Translations under genes and position numbers: made by a program
NCBI GenBank assembly: GCA_963716985.1
Contig: OY970323.1
Location: 1,536,001 to 1,600,000, forward strand
Source of the DNA: an uncultured bacterium
GTDB lineage: Bacteria > Chlamydiota > Chlamydiia > Chlamydiales > SM23-39
Length of the DNA: 64,000 nt
Reading direction: 5' to 3'
Part shown: piece after piece, positions 39,761-50,101 of the stretch
Layout: each line of letters starts with the position of its first letter
Position numbering within the stretch: position 1 is the stretch's first letter
Notes under the pieces: generated by a model
Seen by the model: only the letters and a program-made list of their open reading frames with translations
Databases searched by the model: none
Told to the model about the DNA's origin: nothing

Positions 39761-40423
39761 ATGGTTATGCAAATCTTTTCTAAAGAAATAACAATTTTTC
39801 TACCGCAAGAAAAAATCTCTCTTCAAGGAATTTTGACCCTTCCTGAAAAAGCGACAAAAATCATCGTTTTCGCCCATGGCAGCGGAAGCAGCCGCCATAG
39901 CCCGCGCAATCGCTTTGTCGCAAGCCACCTAATCCATGAACACCTGGCCACTCTGCTTTTGGACCTCTTGACGGAAGAAGAAGAGCTGATCGATGAAACG
40001 ACAGCGCAGTTTCGTTTCGACATTCCTCTTTTGGCAAAACGCCTAGAAGAAACCACCAAGTGGCTTTTTCTCAATGAGGCAACAGGGCATCTGAAAATAG
40101 GATATTTTGGAGCCAGCACGGGATCTGCCGCCGCCTTGATTGCCACGGCACGAGAAAAAGACAAGATCTTTGCAGTCGTATCTAGAGGCGGGAGGCCCGA
40201 TCTTGCAGCAAGCTATCTTCCAAAGGTACAAGCACCAACCCTGCTTATCGTGGGAGAAAATGACCCCGATGTCCTTTTGCTCAATCAAAAAGCTTTGGAA
40301 CTATTGCCGGGAGAAAAAAAGCTGGAAATAATTCCCAACGCCACCCATCTCTTCGAGGAAAAAGGCGCTCTTGAAAAGGTCGCACTTCTTGCCGCCTTAT
40401 GGTTCAAAAACCACTCTTCTTAA
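39761..40423 (+). CDS. Dienelactone hydrolase-like alpha/beta hydrolase
   Basis: FAHGSGSSRHSPRN, GYFGASTG, VSRGGRPDLA, ATHLFEE. Confidence 0.88.
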   Translation: MVMQIFSKEITIFLPQEKISLQGILTLPEKATKIIVFAHGSGSSRHSPRNRFVASHLIHEHLATLLLDLLTEEEELIDETTAQFRFDIPLLAKRLEETTKWLFLNEATGHLKIGYFGASTGSAAALIATAREKDKIFAVVSRGGRPDLAASYLPKVQAPTLLIVGENDPDVLLLNQKALELLPGEKKLEIIPNATHLFEEKGALEKVALLAALWFKNHSS

Positions 40424-40514
40424 AAAATCTTTTATTTTTATTCAGAGTTTCTTGATTAAAATATCTTCATTTTCTATGAAGAAGGAAAAGATCATTTCTC
40501 ACAAGGAGGAGACA

Positions 40515-40634
40515 ATGGCAAAGAAAGCAAAAAAGAAAACTGCAAAGAAAAGACCCGTTAAAAGAAAGGTCGCTAAAAGAAAAGCGAAGATGAAGAAAAG
40601 CGGAACCGGTGGAGTCTGCACCTGCGGTCAATAA
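40515..40634 (+). CDS. 39-aa Lys/Arg-rich histone-like peptide with Cys tail
   Basis: RBS AAGGAGG, then MAKKAKKKTAKKRPVKRKVAKRKAKMKKSGTGGVCTCGQ. Confidence 0.7.
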   Translation: MAKKAKKKTAKKRPVKRKVAKRKAKMKKSGTGGVCTCGQ

Positions 40635-40651
40635 GTTTGTAAAAAATTCCA

Positions 40652-41698
40652 TCAAACGATGGTCAGCAGTCTTCTGACGGCAACCATCGTTTTCTTTTTA
40701 TAAGGTACAATCCATTTTTTCACCTCTAGCATCTCGAGAGCCTCACAGTCGCTTTTTAATTGCTCCCATTTTTCTTTTTTCATGATGGGCATGGTAAAAA
40801 GAAGCTCGAGTTTTTTTCTATGATCTAGAGAATCGCCCATCTCTTTGAGCATGTCTTCATATAGGGAGCGAATAGCCCCTATCTTTTGGATCGATTGCTC
40901 CGCAGATTCGATCACCCCCTTGAGGAAAAAACGAATCCAGCCCTCCCAATCATTCTCCTTGGTGATGGCAAATAGCCTTTCAAAATACTCCAATCGATGT
41001 TTTTTAAAATATACGCTCATGTAAAAGAGCGGAGAAGAAATCAGCTTCTTCTTAAAGAGAAAAAACGGAATCACGGCTCTGGCAAGACGTCCATTTCCAT
41101 CCATGAAGGGGTGAATGATGAGCAGCTGCGCGAAGAAAATAGAGAGCTGCACCAAAGGATCCTTTTCCCGGTAAATGGCATATTTTTTCAGGTTCTTGAG
41201 ATTTGCGGCCAGCTGCGAGGCGGCCGGCGGATAAAAATAGGCCTCTTTTCTCCCCCTACCTTCGGGGCCAATCCAATTTTGCCGGTCTCGAATCCGTCCC
41301 ACCTGGCTCGGAATTTCTCTTGCGTCTTTTTTTATGATGCCATGCAATCTGCAAAGAAACGCAAGAGAAATCTTCTCTCTTTCGGAACACTCCCCCACCA
41401 TGACGAGGGCATTTCGATCATTGAGTATCCATTGGATCAATGGATTCGAAACTTTTTCGGGAAAGACTTGCCCTATGAGGACCTCTTCCAAAGTAGGAGA
41501 TTTTGGCTGCTTTTCGAGCGAGTCCAAGGCTTCCCTCGTGACAAGAAGAGAAAAAAGAGAGCGGGGATGCGGCACACGTTTAATCTGTTCCTCATATTGC
41601 GCAAGTTTGCGATGCGCCCTTCCTAAACTATCCACAAACTTTTCCCAATCCAGTTTTCGCAAGGGAAGTTTCTTCGGACGGCAAGGCTTGATCTTCAT
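40652..41698 (-). CDS. Fic-family protein
   Basis: HPFMDGNGRLAR, QNWIG, WIRFFL. Confidence 0.9.
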   Translation of the reverse strand: MKIKPCRPKKLPLRKLDWEKFVDSLGRAHRKLAQYEEQIKRVPHPRSLFSLLVTREALDSLEKQPKSPTLEEVLIGQVFPEKVSNPLIQWILNDRNALVMVGECSEREKISLAFLCRLHGIIKKDAREIPSQVGRIRDRQNWIGPEGRGRKEAYFYPPAASQLAANLKNLKKYAIYREKDPLVQLSIFFAQLLIIHPFMDGNGRLARAVIPFFLFKKKLISSPLFYMSVYFKKHRLEYFERLFAITKENDWEGWIRFFLKGVIESAEQSIQKIGAIRSLYEDMLKEMGDSLDHRKKLELLFTMPIMKKEKWEQLKSDCEALEMLEVKKWIVPYKKKTMVAVRRLLTIV

Positions 41699-41852
41699 TT
41701 CCCTCCTACAATCTTATTCCCCAACTTAAGTACATACAATATTGAGAAAGCTCTGTCAAGCAGCGCCAAATGGGCACCTGCTGACAAAACCCTTTACTGC
41801 TGCTCTTCTTTTTAGTAGAAGGAAGAAAAAACCATTTCTTTTAGGAGGATGC

Positions 41853-42128
41853 ATGAATACAAAGAGAATCATCGGGATAGTCATTCTGGTCTTGGGACTT
41901 TTCCTCATTGCTTTTTCTGCCTATGCCAAAATGCGCATCGAAGAAGCCAAAAAAGTTGTCCATGAAACCACCAGTCCTTTTTCGAGCAATCCCATCGGTA
42001 AAATGCTCGGAGGCGCCGTAGAGCAAAAAGCAGCGCAATATGATCGAATGGTCATCGTAAGTCTCGTCGGTGGAATCCTTTTGTCGCTCGCTGGCGGGGG
42101 AATGCTCTACTTTTTCAGAAAAAAATGA
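41853..42128 (+). CDS. Small two-TM membrane protein
   Basis: RBS AGGAGG; two hydrophobic helices. Confidence 0.7.
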   Translation: MNTKRIIGIVILVLGLFLIAFSAYAKMRIEEAKKVVHETTSPFSSNPIGKMLGGAVEQKAAQYDRMVIVSLVGGILLSLAGGGMLYFFRKK

Positions 42129-42164
42129 CCCTCTTCGTTCATTTTTTCACAAATGCAATATCCC

Positions 42165-42194
42165 AAAACGGCCTCGCTTAGCGGCCGTTTTTTT
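42165..42194 (+). terminator. Intrinsic terminator
   Basis: AAAACGGCC...GGCCGTTTT hairpin plus T run. Confidence 0.6.
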
Positions 42195-42345
42195 AAAGAT
42201 TCCTGCCGCCAAGGAATTTTTTTCCTTTTTCGCTCCATTAATAATAGCCTCCCGCTCTTCTCCGAGAAAAGAGGCCATTTACACATCGGTCGAAGAAGTG
42301 AAAATCTCGCCTTTCTCAGAGAAAACCGACGATTCAACGGCGGCG

Positions 42346-42681
42346 ATTCTGCCCGGTTTAAAAGATGATGGTACTTTGAAAAACCCGCCTGATGTTCAAG
42401 CCCCATTGCGCGCAGAGCCGCACATACGGTTCTCTTGCCAGTGCATAAAAGCGTGCCAAGTAACAAGGTCAGGGCTTTTTTCCAAGAAGGGTTGGAAAAC
42501 AGTACAGAAAAAGGGGTGAGTACTGCTAAAATGTTTGACGATAGAGAGTCCATGAGAGCCTACCATTTTGTTGTGGTAACCCAAATAGTATGCGCGAAGC
42601 GGCACTCTCTATCAACTTTTTATTTTACAGATTGAAGCAAATGACTTTGGGCTATCAGATCGAAAAATGTACAAAGTCGAG
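42346..42681 (-). mobile_element. Truncated second copy of the IS701-like element (left end plus about 69 codons)
   Basis: Nearly identical to 33109-33444 including IR CTCGACTTTG; homology stops at LLNRAE. Confidence 0.92.
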
Positions 42682-42732
42682 ATCTATAACAGAAAACGCA
42701 ATAGAGAAATACTGTAGAAAACTTTGTCAAAA

Positions 42733-43071
42733 TTAGCAGACGGCCAAACAGCCCTTGTTTCTAAAAATACCTACTCGAGAACGAGGACTCTCTATGTGAA
42801 TTTTGATATCGCATCCCAAAATTGTCAGGTAATGTAGAAGAGCGTCGGTGCTGAATTCTGATAAGTGTCCATTAACAAGTAGGGAAACCTTTGATTGAGT
42901 TATTTCCAATTTTTTTGCTACTTCAGTTTGGGATAGGCCGCTTTTTTCAATTAAATCTCCAATTTCGCTTAAAAGCTCAGATTTTGCTACTAGTTCGTTC
43001 GCATTTTCTTCCCCAAGTGCGGAAAAAACATCTCCTTCGGTGACTTCGAAGTCAGTTTCTTTTTTAGCCAT
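42733..43071 (-). CDS. XRE-HTH antitoxin (HigA-like)
   Basis: GDVFSALG, LSQTEVAKKLEITQSKVS.L.NG..SEFS. Confidence 0.85.
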   Translation of the reverse strand: MAKKETDFEVTEGDVFSALGEENANELVAKSELLSEIGDLIEKSGLSQTEVAKKLEITQSKVSLLVNGHLSEFSTDALLHYLTILGCDIKIHIESPRSRVGIFRNKGCLAVC

Positions 43072-43450
43072 TTTTTTCTCCTTTTTCTTTCCATATTTTA
43101 TACATTTCTTCTGCGCGCTTCAGCCTTGAGCGTATAAGCTCTATTTCTTGTTTCGGAGTGCTGATTCCTTTTTTACTTTTCTTCTTGAATGCATGCAATA
43201 CTGCAATCACTTCTTTAAGCCTAATTGTATAGACAACGCGAAACGTTCCTTGATCATCATCTCTCCTCAGCTCTGTTATATGAGCTCCTCCAAATCCAGT
43301 AAAGATTTTTGCATTTGGGACTGTTTCTCCTTTTTGAGCGAGAAGTAGCCAGTGGCCGAAGTCCTCGCGCACATCTTTTGGCATATCCTTAAGGTCTTGT
43401 TTTGATGAAGCAACCCAAAGGACAGGTCGCAAAGCTGGCGTTTCGTTCAT
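43064..43450 (-). CDS. RelE/ParE-superfamily toxin (Gp49/HigB2-like)
   Basis: ELR.DD..GTFRVVY, VLHAFKKKSKKGISTPKQEIELI. Confidence 0.88.
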   Translation of the reverse strand: MNETPALRPVLWVASSKQDLKDMPKDVREDFGHWLLLAQKGETVPNAKIFTGFGGAHITELRRDDDQGTFRVVYTIRLKEVIAVLHAFKKKSKKGISTPKQEIELIRSRLKRAEEMYKIWKEKGEKNG

Positions 43451-43547
43451 TTTCTTTTCTCCATTATACCAATAATGAAATGGCATTGTCTATGAAAATG
43501 TTGTTAGTTTCTAGCAAAAATTAATTAATGTCTTAACGAGCTAATGC

Positions 43548-43724
43548 TCAGCAGATTGAGTTTTGTTTTTGTAAATATTGATATACTGTTTCTCGGCTGA
43601 TACCAAAGAATTTCGCTACCTTTGCCTTTGGAATCCCTTGGCCTATCTTCGATTTCAGCTCTAGCACCTGTTCTGGAGATAGTTTTGGCTTCCCTCCTCG
43701 ATACTTGCCCTTTGTTTTAGCAAG
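43548..43724 (-). pseudogene. Serine resolvase C-terminal HTH remnant
   Basis: AKTKGKYRGGKPKL...KAKVAKFFGISRETVYQYL; catalytic domain absent. Confidence 0.75.
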
Positions 43725-44041
43725 AAAGAAAGTTTGTGTAACCATGGACAGGAGACCCACATGTGAACTTATTTAGAAGGGTATTCGCAATTGCCCAAAC
43801 TATCCCTGATAAGGCCAAGCGAAAAAAAACTTTCGAACGCATGGACAAGATTTTAGATTGTCAAGAATAGACTTGATAAGCCTATATAGTTTTTTTCTTT
43901 CCTTTGGCGATAAAAGCCTTTCTTGCCATAAAAATGATGACCAGGCGACCCCATCCCCGCTCCTTCCAAGGAATTCCTTGCCTTTCTTTTAGTCGACAGA
44001 AGTTCTTTTTCCGCTAAAAAGAGAAAAAACCTCCTTCTATT

Positions 44042-45298
44042 TCACGCTCTCACGATAGCGATCTCTTCCCATGAGGTCGTACTACGCGGCGAGCGCTTCT
44101 CCGAGAGCATTTTCCAGGAAGGATCCACTCCTTCTGCCGCAAAAAACAGGCGCTTCTTCCCCATTTGCGCATTCAAAGCGTCCATGGTTTGTAACGCGAT
44201 GCGCCTCTTCGCACTCATTTGCAAAAACAGATCGGTCTGTCTATTTTTTTCTAACGCCAAGTCCAAGAGAATAACTCCGCATTTTTTATACCTTTTTGTT
44301 TTGCAATACAATTCGTTCAAACAGCTTTTCGCAAGAGAGATCATTTGCGAGGTATCGCTTGTCGGTATGGGAAAGGAGAGTAGTTTAGAAACACTTTGAC
44401 GATTGTATGTCTCTGTCAAAAATTCCAAATAGACGAAAAGAGCCCCTGCACAACATCCTTGTGCGCGCAGCTTTTCTGCAGCAGAGGCCACATGGGTCGC
44501 CAAAGCTTCAGACAGATCTTTCTTCTCTGTCACCACCTTGCCGAAAGATCGCGAGCAGGTCAGACTCTTTTTCGCCCCTGCTTCTTCCAAAGAAAGACAG
44601 CTCTTTCCCCTCAATTCCCAAAGAATGCGCTCTCCCACAACGCCCATCAATTGCCGCATGAAGTAGGGATCATGTTCTCGAAACTCCTTTGCCGTATGGA
44701 TATTCTTCGCACGTAATTTCTCCTCCCATCGAGAGCCAATGCCCCAAACATCGCCGATCGGAAACTTCTCTAACACTTTTTCCTGCACATCTGCAGAGCA
44801 CAGAGAGAAAATACCCGTGGAAGAGTCTTTTTTTGCGCATGTATTGGCCGCTTTCGCCAATGTTTTGGTCGGAGCGATCCCGCAGGAGACGGGAATCCCG
44901 ATCCATTTCCCAATTTTGCGCCGCATCTCTTTGCAATGCTCCAAAACCTCGTCAGAGCGGACCGTTGCCGGATAATACAAAAACGCTTCATCGATCGAAT
45001 AGATTTGAAAACACTCTGCCTCCTTTGCAAGAAGGTCCATGATTCTCCGAGAAATATCGCCATAGAGCTGATAGTTCGAAGAAAAGACGGAAACAAAGCG
45101 ATCTTGGCAAAAATCCTTGATTTGAAAAAAGGGCTCTCCCATGGCAATGCCCATCTCTTTTGCCTCCTGGGAGCGCGCCACGACGCATCCATCGTTATTG
45201 GAAAGAACAATCACCGCCCGTTTTTCTAACTGCGGCGCAAACAACCGCTCGCAAGAGACGTAAAAATTGTTGCAGTCCACCAAAACAAAACTGCCCAT
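44042..45298 (-). CDS. umuC: Y-family DNA polymerase V subunit
   Basis: LVDCNNFYVSCER, VLSNNDGC, YSIDEAF, TKTLAK, SRSFG. Confidence 0.93.
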   Translation of the reverse strand: MGSFVLVDCNNFYVSCERLFAPQLEKRAVIVLSNNDGCVVARSQEAKEMGIAMGEPFFQIKDFCQDRFVSVFSSNYQLYGDISRRIMDLLAKEAECFQIYSIDEAFLYYPATVRSDEVLEHCKEMRRKIGKWIGIPVSCGIAPTKTLAKAANTCAKKDSSTGIFSLCSADVQEKVLEKFPIGDVWGIGSRWEEKLRAKNIHTAKEFREHDPYFMRQLMGVVGERILWELRGKSCLSLEEAGAKKSLTCSRSFGKVVTEKKDLSEALATHVASAAEKLRAQGCCAGALFVYLEFLTETYNRQSVSKLLSFPIPTSDTSQMISLAKSCLNELYCKTKRYKKCGVILLDLALEKNRQTDLFLQMSAKRRIALQTMDALNAQMGKKRLFFAAEGVDPSWKMLSEKRSPRSTTSWEEIAIVRA

Positions 45299-45308
45299 AG
45301 GTTCCCTT

Positions 45309-45821
45309 TTAAAGAGGATGGATCACGTGAGTCACAACACCCCAAATACGCAAGTCGGCCCCTTCTTCGATTTCAATGGGAGCATCGGCATCGTTTTCTG
45401 CAACCAGCCGGATCTTTTTCTCTTTTCGATACAAACGCTTTACGGTCAGCTCCCCATTGACAACGGCAATGACGACTTTGCCATGTACGGGCTCTTGGCT
45501 TCGATCCACAACCAAAAGATCATCGTGATGAATGCCTGCCTTGATCATCGAAGAACCGGAAACTCGTACAAAAAAAGTGGCTTGGGGATGCTGTATCAAC
45601 AACTCGTTCAAATCCAGCGACCCTTCCTTCTCTCCGTCTGCCGGAGATGGAAAACCGGCCGCCACCGCACTCTGGTACAAAGGGAGAGCATACAGACGCT
45701 CCGCAATCCAATGCATCACTTTTGCTACCTGACTTTCCGGAACGCGAACCGCTTTTGTCGGCTCTCCAAATTTTCCACTTCCGCTTCTCCTACCGGCTCC
45801 TTTTCTCGCGCCGCCTCTCAT
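45309..45821 (-). CDS. umuD: UmuD with N-terminal extension (UmuDAb-like)
   Basis: VAAGFPSPA cleavage site, VSGSSM Ser, TVKRL Lys; extra RGGARKGAGR..EPTKAVRVPESQV. Confidence 0.9.
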   Translation of the reverse strand: MRGGARKGAGRRSGSGKFGEPTKAVRVPESQVAKVMHWIAERLYALPLYQSAVAAGFPSPADGEKEGSLDLNELLIQHPQATFFVRVSGSSMIKAGIHHDDLLVVDRSQEPVHGKVVIAVVNGELTVKRLYRKEKKIRLVAENDADAPIEIEEGADLRIWGVVTHVIHPL

Positions 45822-46410
45822 GCACCCACCCCCCTACACTCCCTTTATGATTAACGTACAAAATTCAAACAAAAAAAACAACTCCATAGATTTGCAGCAA
45901 GAAAGACCTACATTCTCTTATGCAGTAGACAACGCAGAGCATTGATGTCGGATGGTGGAAGAGAATGGTTTTTACCCAAAGGCTTAAACTTATTCAATTC
46001 ATTTTTAAACGCTTAAGAAAACTCTATCAAAACAAAGAGCTTTTTTAAAGTGCAAGAACCCCTCTATTGCAAAAATAGAGCCGTAAAGCGCCATGCTTTT
46101 AAGCAATTAGCGCACAAACCAAAAAGCTTTTTTTTATATAAAAAAGGGACTTTTCACAAAAAAAGCCTTTGCAGAAACACTCGTAAAAGAACAATATTTT
46201 ACCGCAAGTCGCTTATCATAAGAAGTTTAAATCGCGCTTGAGAAAAGTTGATTAAATAAATTCAGAAACACTGTATAATTCGAAGGTGTTTTAACTTTTA
46301 TCCTAGTGTGCAATGTGCATTCTCCTAAGGATATAAGGGTAAAAAAACTTAAAGATCCAAAATAAGTTAGGATTTTTAAGGAACTTAACAAAAAAAAAGA
46401 GGAAGTAGTC

Positions 46411-46626
46411 GTGTCAAATTCCAAATCAAAAGGTACAATTAAGTTTTTCAATTCACAAAAAGGCTTTGGTTTCATTACACCCGATAATGGAGGCAAAGAT
46501 CTGTTTGTTCATGCAAATAATGTCGAAGGAGACGCAAGAGCATTGCGCGAAGGACAAAAAGTGAGCTATGTAGAAGGACCCGGACGTAAAGGCCCCGAAG
46601 CTACACAAGTATCATTGTTAAGCTAA
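46411..46626 (+). CDS. Cold-shock protein (CspA family)
   Basis: KGFGFI (RNP1), LFVH (RNP2); GTG start; TATAAT about 135 nt upstream implies a long 5' UTR. Confidence 0.93.
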   Translation: MSNSKSKGTIKFFNSQKGFGFITPDNGGKDLFVHANNVEGDARALREGQKVSYVEGPGRKGPEATQVSLLS

Positions 46627-46633
46627 ACTTAAC

Positions 46634-46685
46634 AAAAGCGCCTAATATCTAAGGATTTATCCAAGGAATTTCAGGCGCTTTTTCT
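46634..46685 (+). terminator. Intrinsic terminator after csp
   Basis: AAAAGCGCCT...AGGCGCTTTTT. Confidence 0.6.
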
Positions 46686-46816
46686 TTTTCCCTCCCCCAT
46701 TTTCAACATTCATAGTTTTTTAAATTAAAATTATCTTTATATTTAAAAAAGATTTTAACGTCGATATTATCTAACGCCTGTGTTATTATATATAAAATCA
46801 AAAAAATATAAATAAA

Positions 46817-47512
46817 ATGAAAAAAGAAACTATTTTGTTTTCTTTAAAAGATGTAAATTTCTCCTATTTGATCGGTTCAGAAAAAATCCCTGCCCTTCAC
46901 CAACTCGACCTCGAGATTCCGGGCAGCTCTCTTATCACCATCTCCGGGCCTTCGGGCTCCGGAAAGTCCACCCTTTTGAACCTTCTTGGATTATTAGAGC
47001 CCCTGCAAGAAGGCGAAATTTTCTTTCAAAACGAACGCCTCTCCTCCATGAGCCCAAAAAGACAAAACGAGGTCAGAAAATTTAAAATCGGTTTTATTTT
47101 TCAACAGTTTCATCTCATTCCGGTTTTGACGGCAGAAGAAAACGTAGAGTATTTTCTCAAACGTCAAAACCTATCGCCGGAAGAAATTAAAGAACGCACA
47201 CAAGAGGCTCTAACTGCTGTCGGGCTCTGGGAACATCGGGGAAAAAAACCGGGCCAGCTCAGCGGCGGGCAAAAGCAGAGAGTTGCGATCGCAAGAGCGC
47301 TGGCAAAAAAGCCGGACGTAATCATCGGAGATGAGCCGACGGGCAGCTTGGATCAGAAAACGGGCCGCGAGATCATGAAAATTTTTGCCAAGATCGTGGA
47401 AGAGAAAAAAATGTCGATCATCCTCACAACGCATGATCCCATGGTCCTCTCCTTTTCGCATCAAAACTTTCATTTTCATGAGGGGCGCTTGATCAAGGAT
47501 GCAAAACCATGA
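46817..47512 (+). CDS. ABC ATPase, LolD/MacB-like
   Basis: [32 protein letters not shown]. Confidence 0.9.
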   Translation: MKKETILFSLKDVNFSYLIGSEKIPALHQLDLEIPGSSLITISGPSGSGKSTLLNLLGLLEPLQEGEIFFQNERLSSMSPKRQNEVRKFKIGFIFQQFHLIPVLTAEENVEYFLKRQNLSPEEIKERTQEALTAVGLWEHRGKKPGQLSGGQKQRVAIARALAKKPDVIIGDEPTGSLDQKTGREIMKIFAKIVEEKKMSIILTTHDPMVLSFSHQNFHFHEGRLIKDAKP

Positions 47513-48717
47513 TGTTTTTCAAACTGGCATTTAGAAATCTTTTCCGCAACATTCGAAGGTCGATTGCAATTCTTTTAACGGTAGGGCTCGGCGCCGGCGC
47601 TCTTTTTTGCTTTCAAGGATTCATTCAAGGCGTATTGAACGACTATCGAGAAACAACGATCCATGCCCATTATGGAAACGGACAGTTCAACCAAAAAGAG
47701 TATCGTCAAACCGTTTATAAAGAACCCTGGAAGCATTGGATTTCCAATTGGCAGCAAGTCAAATCTTTTGCTTTAAAAAATTCTCATGTCCGGCACGTCT
47801 TTCCAAGGGTTTCGATCGGAGGAATGCTGATTCATGGCAAGGTATCCATCATAGGACAAGGACAAGGAATCGACGCGAAAGAAGAGGTTACCTTCTTCAA
47901 TGCTTTGAATATAGTTGAGGGAAAAAATCTTCAATTAGAATCCAATGGAATCGTATTAGGACAGGGAGTTGCAAAAGCTCTCGGCGTGCATCCGGGAGAT
48001 GCGGTGACTCTTTACACAAAGTCTACCCATGGCGGCATCACAAAGGGAAAATTTATCGTCACCGGCATTTTCCATACGGGAATGGTGGATTTTGACAATC
48101 ATATTTTTCGCATCCAGTTAGACCAGGCGCAGAGGTTATTAAAAACCGATCAGGTGGAATCGATTTCACTCGGCCTTACGGATTATAAAGACTGGGAAAA
48201 AGCATCTCTTAATATCCAAGCGGCATTTCCCTCTTTGGAGGCCGCATCGTTCGCAGAACTGGACCAGGTCTATTATCAGAATTCCGTCGACTGGCTAAAA
48301 ATGCAGTTCTATATCGTGCAAGTCATCATTATTTCCATTGTGCTGCTCGGCATTTTCAATACGATTTCCTCCTCCATCTTGGAAAGAAAACAAGAGATCG
48401 GCAATCTGCGGGCCAATGGCGAGTCGACATGGGATGTGATGAAGCTCATTTTATGGGAGGGCGCTTTTTTAGGGATCATGGGAAGCCTGGCCGGCCTTGG
48501 CTTAACCTATATCATCACCAAAGGATTCCTGCATCAAGGTATATTAATGCCTCCGGGACCCGGATCCTCGCGTCAATTTTTCATCTCTTTTTATTTTACG
48601 CCGGGCATGGCATTGCAAACGTTTGCCCTCAGTATCATCTCCTCTTTAATTGCATCCCTTTTAGCAGGGATTCGAGTGGCCAGAATGCAAATCACAAAAG
48701 CTCTGCGCGCCTATTAA
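47509..48717 (+). CDS. ABC permease, FtsX/MacB (LolC/E-like)
   Basis: LAFRNLFRN, periplasmic domain, ERKQEIG.LRA.G. Confidence 0.88.
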   Translation: MMFFKLAFRNLFRNIRRSIAILLTVGLGAGALFCFQGFIQGVLNDYRETTIHAHYGNGQFNQKEYRQTVYKEPWKHWISNWQQVKSFALKNSHVRHVFPRVSIGGMLIHGKVSIIGQGQGIDAKEEVTFFNALNIVEGKNLQLESNGIVLGQGVAKALGVHPGDAVTLYTKSTHGGITKGKFIVTGIFHTGMVDFDNHIFRIQLDQAQRLLKTDQVESISLGLTDYKDWEKASLNIQAAFPSLEAASFAELDQVYYQNSVDWLKMQFYIVQVIIISIVLLGIFNTISSSILERKQEIGNLRANGESTWDVMKLILWEGAFLGIMGSLAGLGLTYIITKGFLHQGILMPPGPGSSRQFFISFYFTPGMALQTFALSIISSLIASLLAGIRVARMQITKALRAY

Positions 48718-48855
48718 TCCTTGGCGTCCGTCCGGCGGAGAGATTTTTTTCTCCAGCGAAGAGAGCCTGTGAACTTCCTCACATCGAATGAATTTGTTTC
48801 GTTTTTTCTTGACTCTAGTAGAAAATAGCCATTTCTAGAGCCCCAAGGATTTTCT

Positions 48856-50079
48856 ATGCGCCATCTTCTTCTCTCTTGCCTAAGAACTTTCCGCCGTCGA
48901 GCCGTCCAGGTATTATTTACCTTAACTCTCTATTTTTTTTGCGCAGATCTCTTGCCTCTTGCCGTCCATCAAGGACTATACACCATCAGCCTCTTCATTC
49001 GAGACCTTCTCATCTGGATGCTCCCCCTCACGGTTGGATTTTTCATCGCAGACACCATTTGCGCCTTTGAGCGCAAAGCCCCTCTCTTCATCGGATGTCT
49101 TTTGCTTTTCGAGGCTTTTTCGAACATGGGAGGCGTTTGGTATGCGTTTGTCAGCGGGAAGATCGCCGCAGGATCTCTGCCCTGCCTCCAGCTTCCCTCT
49201 TTCCATGAGAATTTTTCTCCCCTCTGGCGCTTGCCGCTGAATCGGCCCGGATGGTGGTCAGCCGACAAGGGGGCCATCGCAGGGGTTGTGATCGGATTTT
49301 TAGGAGCTATCTTCCACAGAAGCCATTATCGACAAATCATTCGACACGGGAAAACGATCGCACAGTGGGGTTTGACCCATCTTTTTTCGAGGCTGATCCC
49401 TGTTTTTGTTCTGGGCTTTGTCGCCCGCATGATGCAAACAAAGATTCTCCATCAAGTCGTTTCCCATTATGGAGAGCTTTTGATCTGGCTGGTCTTTTTT
49501 TTAACGCTCTATCTTCTTTTTCTCTTCTTTTTGGGAAGCGGTTTTTCTTTTTCCCGTCTTGCGCGCTCCATAAAAAACCTGCTTCCTGCAGGAGCCATCT
49601 CCTTCAGCTCCGGATGCAGCCTCTCCACCATGCCCTGGACGATCGAGGGAACGTCAAAAAATTGTCAAAATCCGGATCTTGCCAAAGCCGTAATCCCCGC
49701 AACGACAAACATCCAACAAATCGGCGATTGCATCACCAATGCCTTTTTGTGTTTTCTGATTTATCGGCATTTCTATGGGACTAGCCCGGATCTTGCGACC
49801 TGGCTCCATTTTAGCATCATTTTTGTCTTGAGCCGTTTTGCAACGGCAGCAGTACTCGGCGGCGCCATTTTCATCATGCTGCCGATTTATGAAACCTATC
49901 TCTCATTCAATGCAGAAATGATTGCCGTCATTCTGGCTTTCAACGTCATTTTAGATCCCATCGTTACCTCCTGCAATGTTCTGGCAAACGGCGCGCTTTG
50001 TCCGATTTTTGAAAGGGTTTGGATGGCTGTCAATCGAAAGCAGGCAAAGAAAGAAAAAAACGAAGAGCTCTCCGATTGA
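48856..50079 (+). CDS. Dicarboxylate/amino acid:cation symporter family
   Basis: SSGCSLSTMP, PATTNIQQIG, DPIVTSCNV..NG. Confidence 0.8.
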   Translation: MRHLLLSCLRTFRRRAVQVLFTLTLYFFCADLLPLAVHQGLYTISLFIRDLLIWMLPLTVGFFIADTICAFERKAPLFIGCLLLFEAFSNMGGVWYAFVSGKIAAGSLPCLQLPSFHENFSPLWRLPLNRPGWWSADKGAIAGVVIGFLGAIFHRSHYRQIIRHGKTIAQWGLTHLFSRLIPVFVLGFVARMMQTKILHQVVSHYGELLIWLVFFLTLYLLFLFFLGSGFSFSRLARSIKNLLPAGAISFSSGCSLSTMPWTIEGTSKNCQNPDLAKAVIPATTNIQQIGDCITNAFLCFLIYRHFYGTSPDLATWLHFSIIFVLSRFATAAVLGGAIFIMLPIYETYLSFNAEMIAVILAFNVILDPIVTSCNVLANGALCPIFERVWMAVNRKQAKKEKNEELSD

Positions 50080-50101
50080 TTTCTTTAAGAGTGTTTTTGA
50101 C

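Noticed and set aside
42107..42553. 148-aa transposase
   Set aside because: Only about 69 codons are IS-derived; the rest is read-through
45850..46400. ncRNA or ORFs in the long umuD-csp intergenic region
   Set aside because: A/T-run-rich with no convincing structure; consistent with divergent promoters and the csp 5' UTR
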